This document shows positions 19,401 through 23,543 of a stretch of 23,543 nt of DNA, in pieces (position 1 is the stretch's first letter; every line of letters starts with the position of its first letter). The stretch is from the NCBI GenBank assembly GCA_021432655.1, contig MU271272.1, positions 62,001 through 85,543 of the forward strand, in the 5' to 3' direction. Source of the DNA: Atractiella rhizophila. Taxonomy: Eukaryota. The position numbers were made by a program, and so were the translations under genes. The notes beneath the pieces were generated by a model. The model had not been told where the DNA came from and made no database searches. It saw only the letters and a list, made by a program, of their open reading frames with translations.

Positions 19401-21351
19401 GCGGAATGGGAACCCTATGCCGACACGAGAGGATGAAGGATTAGAAGATCCCGTTCCAGCCAGAGCTACTGGCCAGCTCCCAGAATCTGTATTACGAGAT
19501 GTCACTCCTGCCGAAGTCGCAGATGCACCTTTTCCCAACCCTCTCACAAACCTCGACCATCGCACAGAGGATCTCGACACGAATGCGCCTCTTGCTAGAA
19601 CAAGGGCTGAGGATCCTTTGGAGCAGGAGGTCAGCCTTGAAGAAGATGGAGGCATTCCCGGTGATGGCGCAGACGGAGTGGAGACCAGCTTCGATGATCA
19701 TGCTCTACCTTTGCCAGAGGTGGAGGTGGAAGAGGAGGCGCCATACCAATCGTCTGGCCAGTCAGAGGTTGAACAAATCCCATCCCTACCTGCAAGTTCT
19801 AACGCGAAGGAGATCACTGTGGAGGAGGAACTTCCAGAGCAGGATGCAGGGGCACAAGATCACATTGTGTCTGCGAACGATGCTCTGCCTCATGTCGCTA
19901 CCATACTAGCACCAGCCGTTGACGAAGAACCTGTACCGGAAGAGGATGATATGCAGACAACAGGAAAAGTTGGAGCAGTGGAGGTCTCGCCTACCGTTGT
20001 CAAGGTTCCTGCAGCTGTTGTCGAAGATGAGCAAGAGACAGAGGAAGAGCCCATTCTAAAGCCCCCGCGCGCACTGGTGAAAGGGAAAGGGAAACGCTTT
20101 TCCCTCCCCCTTCCCCAAGTTCACGAACCGGAAGCAGCGCAAACTCGAACACGCAAAAGGAAACGTTTCTCCCTTGGCGATGCACCAGCCATACCATCCG
20201 CTTCAAAAACACCTGTCAATCGCCGTTTATCTGCCTTTCAGCATTCTGGAGCAGACACTACTCCATCTCCTCTGTCAACCTCGACTCTCAAACGCCGTTT
20301 GGGCATCAACCCTGCAAACATTCTTCCACAGTCTTCATCGCAGACTCGAACAAGTGGCCGAAGGAGGGTGCAAACGGGAAATTGGTGGGAAATTGGACAG
20401 GAATGTGGAGCTAGGACAACAAAAGCTGATATTCAGAAACGGAAGCGGGACCAGGATGAGGATGATGCCGAGATCGAAAGGGAAGAGAGGGTTAAGAAGC
20501 GAAAACTGGAGCAGCGAAGGACGGCAAATGGGTCAGAGAAGAAGGCTGCGGGGTCGTCACTAAAGGCCATGGCTTCAAAACCATCCGGGCAACCTTTGGC
20601 GAAAAGGAAACCTCCACAGCGTCCAGCTGTTTCAGAAGAGGAAGATTCAGATAGTGACCGTCCCCGGCCTTCACCTCCCAAACATCCTAATTTCGCACTC
20701 TCACTTTCGCATCGGAAACGTCCACCTCCCCCTTCAAAACATCTGTCACATTCAGATGATGATAGCTCTCCACCTCCTTCCCCCGTAAAGTCGATAAGCA
20801 CGAAGACTACCTCAGCCAAAACACAGTTGAGCCAGCTAAAAACTATCTCATCTAAACCAAAAACCATTTTCACTGCGCCTCCTCTAAAATCGCAGAACAG
20901 TCATTCCGCTCGCAAGCCACCGATCCGCCGAACCTCTAGACAAACAGGCGCCTCCTCGTCAGGAGAGTCCTCGTCTTCGAAAGATCTCCTCGACTTAGCA
21001 GAAAAGAAAAGGACGCATATCAAAGTACTGAAACATTCTCGTCCATCGACCTCCAGAGGACAGGAAGATCAAGAATCAGAATCAGGGAATGAGACAGACT
21101 TGATGGATCTCCTTTCTGCTCAACGCAAAACGAGCGGCCATGACAATTCAAAGGAGAGCGAGAGTGAGAGTGAGGAACGTCAACCGGAGCTCTCAATCGA
21201 TGGAGTTATCCAGAGTGCTCATGCTTTTGCGAGAGGGAAGGCGAAAAGGGGTACGGTTATTTTACCCCGCGGGAGTGGCCCCGGTCGTGGGGCTGCAAGG
21301 GGAGGAAGGAAGGTGGCGCCTATGCCTCGAAGGCCGATTGCGTTGAGGTGA
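16499..21351 (+). CDS. Large SANTA-domain protein with AT-hook and CENP-C-like motif (putative KNL2/M18BP1 homolog); 2 N-terminal introns, 4 apparent frameshifts at ~18049, ~18120, ~18485, ~18738
   Basis: After removing introns 16586-16650 and 16766-16816: MSNRVALSHWSVDYEAREGAWVLKGTFEGESQKHASTPIVERLGSHLVKCEKGQEYALIGHGTFETSQLHSSVIEGFADGFPNNWETIL. This fits the SANTA pattern (L..W, G, S..IVER, G..Y.L.G, F..GFP.NW). PKRGRGRPRGS and RTSGRRRVQTGNWWEIG occur downstream; the rest is disordered E/P/S/K-rich sequence. Confidence 0.75.
17407..17460 (+). repeat. (AGAGGA)n-like coding microsatellite encoding an RG dipeptide tract
   Basis: aggggaaggggaagagggagaggaagaggaagaggaagaggaagaggggggagg translates to RGRGRGRGRGRGRGRGGR. 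Confidence 0.85.
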
Positions 21352-21698
21352 AGTTGTCTCGTTAGCCCTGTGGTGCGTTCCTCTGGTTTTTTTTGACAGC
21401 CGTCTGATCACCTTTGCCCAAACAGTTCTGCATCCAGAGTTTTGTTTGTCTCGTTCGAACGTCGAATCTTTGAGCCCATGTACGGTATCACTCGTTCCAG
21501 GCAATTTATGTATTCAATATGCGCGCAAATTGTCTACGAAATGCATTCCCTTGCACATCATGACCTCCATAATGACACCAAATGAGACGAGCCACAGTTC
21601 ATCATAACAAAACAACGCATCAGTCGCACACCAAGACAATGTTGTTACATTTCCTCTTCGTTCGCATTATAGCCTATCGAATCCAAGAATTAGGTTGA

Positions 21699-23543
21699 TT
21701 ATGAGGCATCCATGTCACCTCTCGGTTTCTCTTTGCCCTCCTCAACCTCCATCCTCGCACTTCTGCTCCCAAATTGTATCGCCCTCTTTCTCGCCCTGGA
21801 TGTCTCCACAAGTCCGAGCTGACTGGCCAAACACCTGAGGAGCAATTTATCGCCCAAGCCCTCCTCAAACCTCAAATCGCACTTCAACCAAATGGGCAAG
21901 GCATTGAGGTATTCGACCACACTGCCGTCGAGGAAGGGATACCGCACCTCCTTCCCGTGACAAGATATCACTCGATCATCCCTCCCAAGATTCCTCACCG
22001 AGATCCGATCCAAGTCGAGCTGCATCTCGTTGATGAGCGAACCCCAATCCCCTCCTAGTGTCAGGTGCGAGAGGTCACTGGGAGAGAAGGCGCGACGATG
22101 GCGCGAATATCCACCTAAGAGTTCATCTGCGCCAAGACCAGAGATGAGAACGCGAGCTTCTGATGTGTAAGGAGTTGAAACATCGGTCGATTCATCGTAT
22201 ATTGTTCCTTTCCCGCGCGCAGCGAAATAGAGGGCCATTGCTATGCTCTGTACCATATGTGTCATCAAGCGTTCATGGGAAGGGAGGGAAACGCACGAGA
22301 TCCATGACCGATTTACTAGGCCACATCAACTCCTTAACTTTCTCCTTCTCGGTCAAACTCTCCTCATAAGGCACATCAATCTCGACCAGCCTCCACTGCC
22401 TTCTTGGTCGCAGCCTCCTCAGCTCGTCAAGGCTCGAACGGGCGTTGAGACGGTCGGGAACGTCATACGGTACTAGGGCTGCGATTTCACCCCCTTCACC
22501 AGAGAGTTCAGGGGCAGGAGAAGCGATAGAACTTGGAGGAGCAGACTCCTCAATTTCGTCTAGTCGTTGTAGAGAGTTGCCGTTTAAATTGGATGGAGGT
22601 GGCTGGGCGGTGGGAAGAGGAAGTGGAGAAGGGATGAATCCTCTTATGAGTTCGTCGAAATCTATATCCATTGAGATGCCCTCCCCTCCTCCCAGTCCTC
22701 CATCTGCTTTACCGTTTCCTGCTCCTCCCCAACCCGCTGATCCTTGTCCTCTCCGTGCTCGCTCCTGAGCATTTGCTTTTGCAGCGAGTGCACGAGGATT
22801 CTCGAATGCGACGTTTAAAAGGTCCACCCCTTCTTCAGCGGGGAGAAATTTGTCGACGAGGAGAGCGAGGGTAGTACAATCTATGCCTCCTGAAAACAGG
22901 ACTGCAATTCGGGGCTCAGGCGGTTTGGGGCCGTTCAATCTCGGGACATCAGTCGTTCGCTTCCGTGTTGACTCCTCCAACACGCCAAGGAAGCCGGTTA
23001 ATGCCTGCTGGAGCTCGGGAGTGATGGTCACTGTAGATGCGTCGAGGAAGGGGAGGAGGATGTTTGGATTGGAGGGGAGCAGAGTGGACATTCGATCAAA
23101 GGGATAGATGAGAATATCTTGTGTCCGCCCTAGCGATTTTGGATGTCGGGAGTAGTGACCCATTCCTCTTTTTCCATCCACCTACACACACTCGTCAATC
23201 ACAAAATTGCGACAGAAAAAGTAGTAGGCATAAGAAGGCGAGAGGCACGCACAAGCCACGATTTACCCTTAAGATCGAGCAGATTGTAACAATGGACACA
23301 ATCAGCTGGTACCTCCTCCCAATCTCCCAACGCATACTCCTTCCTCGTGGCAGTGCTAGAAAACAATAAATAAGGGTTGACAGCCGTCGGCCTGTGCATC
23401 AATAGCGATCGTCGACCTAATGGATCCCGACCGTACAGAATCCTTTTATTATAGGATTGGAAGTAGACGAATGCGTACGGCCCCTCGATCGAGCGAAGGA
23501 TGGAAAAGAAATTGCCAGGACCTTCGGTTACGATGCGCTGGAA
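21699..23543 (-). CDS. ASNSD1: Asparagine synthetase domain-containing protein (ASNSD1/YML096W-like), 5'-truncated; 2 introns in window
   Basis: GATase-type segment IEGPYAFVYF..ILYGRDPLGRRSLL and PP-loop AVLFSGGIDC. Other motifs: DLLNVAFEN, YDVPDR, MDLSIAMALYFAARG, VLISGLGADELLGGYSRH, RNLGRDDRVI..HGKEVRYPFLD and KRAIQFGSRSARME, typical of the ASNSD1 subfamily. Confidence 0.92.

Noticed and set aside
20341..20400. Retrotransposon remnant (RxSxR...WW motifs also occur in LTR-element polyproteins)
   Set aside because: There is no integrase, RT, gag or LTR sequence nearby, and the motif lies in an intact host ORF.
17559..20873. Long minus-strand ORFs (179, 187, 286 and 146 aa)
   Set aside because: These are antisense shadows of a low-complexity plus-strand CDS.
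1..21351. A functional chromosome-biology gene cluster (SMC2, LIG4, CK2, H3-mimic protein, KNL2-like)
   Set aside because: The genes are interspersed with unrelated ones (GNAT, AA7, SHR3, MAM33), and without synteny data co-location is explained by chance.

Overview
Gene-dense, very intron-rich eukaryotic DNA, most consistent with a basidiomycete fungus (about 70 short GT-AG introns, mostly 45-57 nt; taxon inferred, not established). Manual splicing gives ten genes: the 3' end of condensin SMC2 (+); DNA ligase IV with 29 coding introns (+); a GNAT acetyltransferase carrying an in-frame TAA inside a perfect-looking mini-intron (-); a somewhat divergent CK2-alpha (+); a secreted bicovalent-FAD AA7/BBE-like oxidase (+); the ER chaperone Shr3 (-); an unknown nuclear protein with a histone-H3-tail mimic (TARKSTG) and a C2H2-like finger (+); mitochondrial Mam33/p32 (-); a roughly 1,580-aa low-complexity protein (+); and the 3' part of an ASNSD1/YML096W-like gene (-). 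The highlight is the large + gene at 16499-21351. After removing two introns its N-terminus reads as a SANTA domain, followed by an AT-hook/RG tract, an RVxF motif and a CENP-C-like motif. That is a KNL2/M18BP1-like CENP-A-loading-factor architecture, a protein absent from the model yeasts. Its middle shows four apparent single-base frameshifts, which could be assembly errors or real. No mobile elements, RNA genes or CRISPR arrays were recognised.
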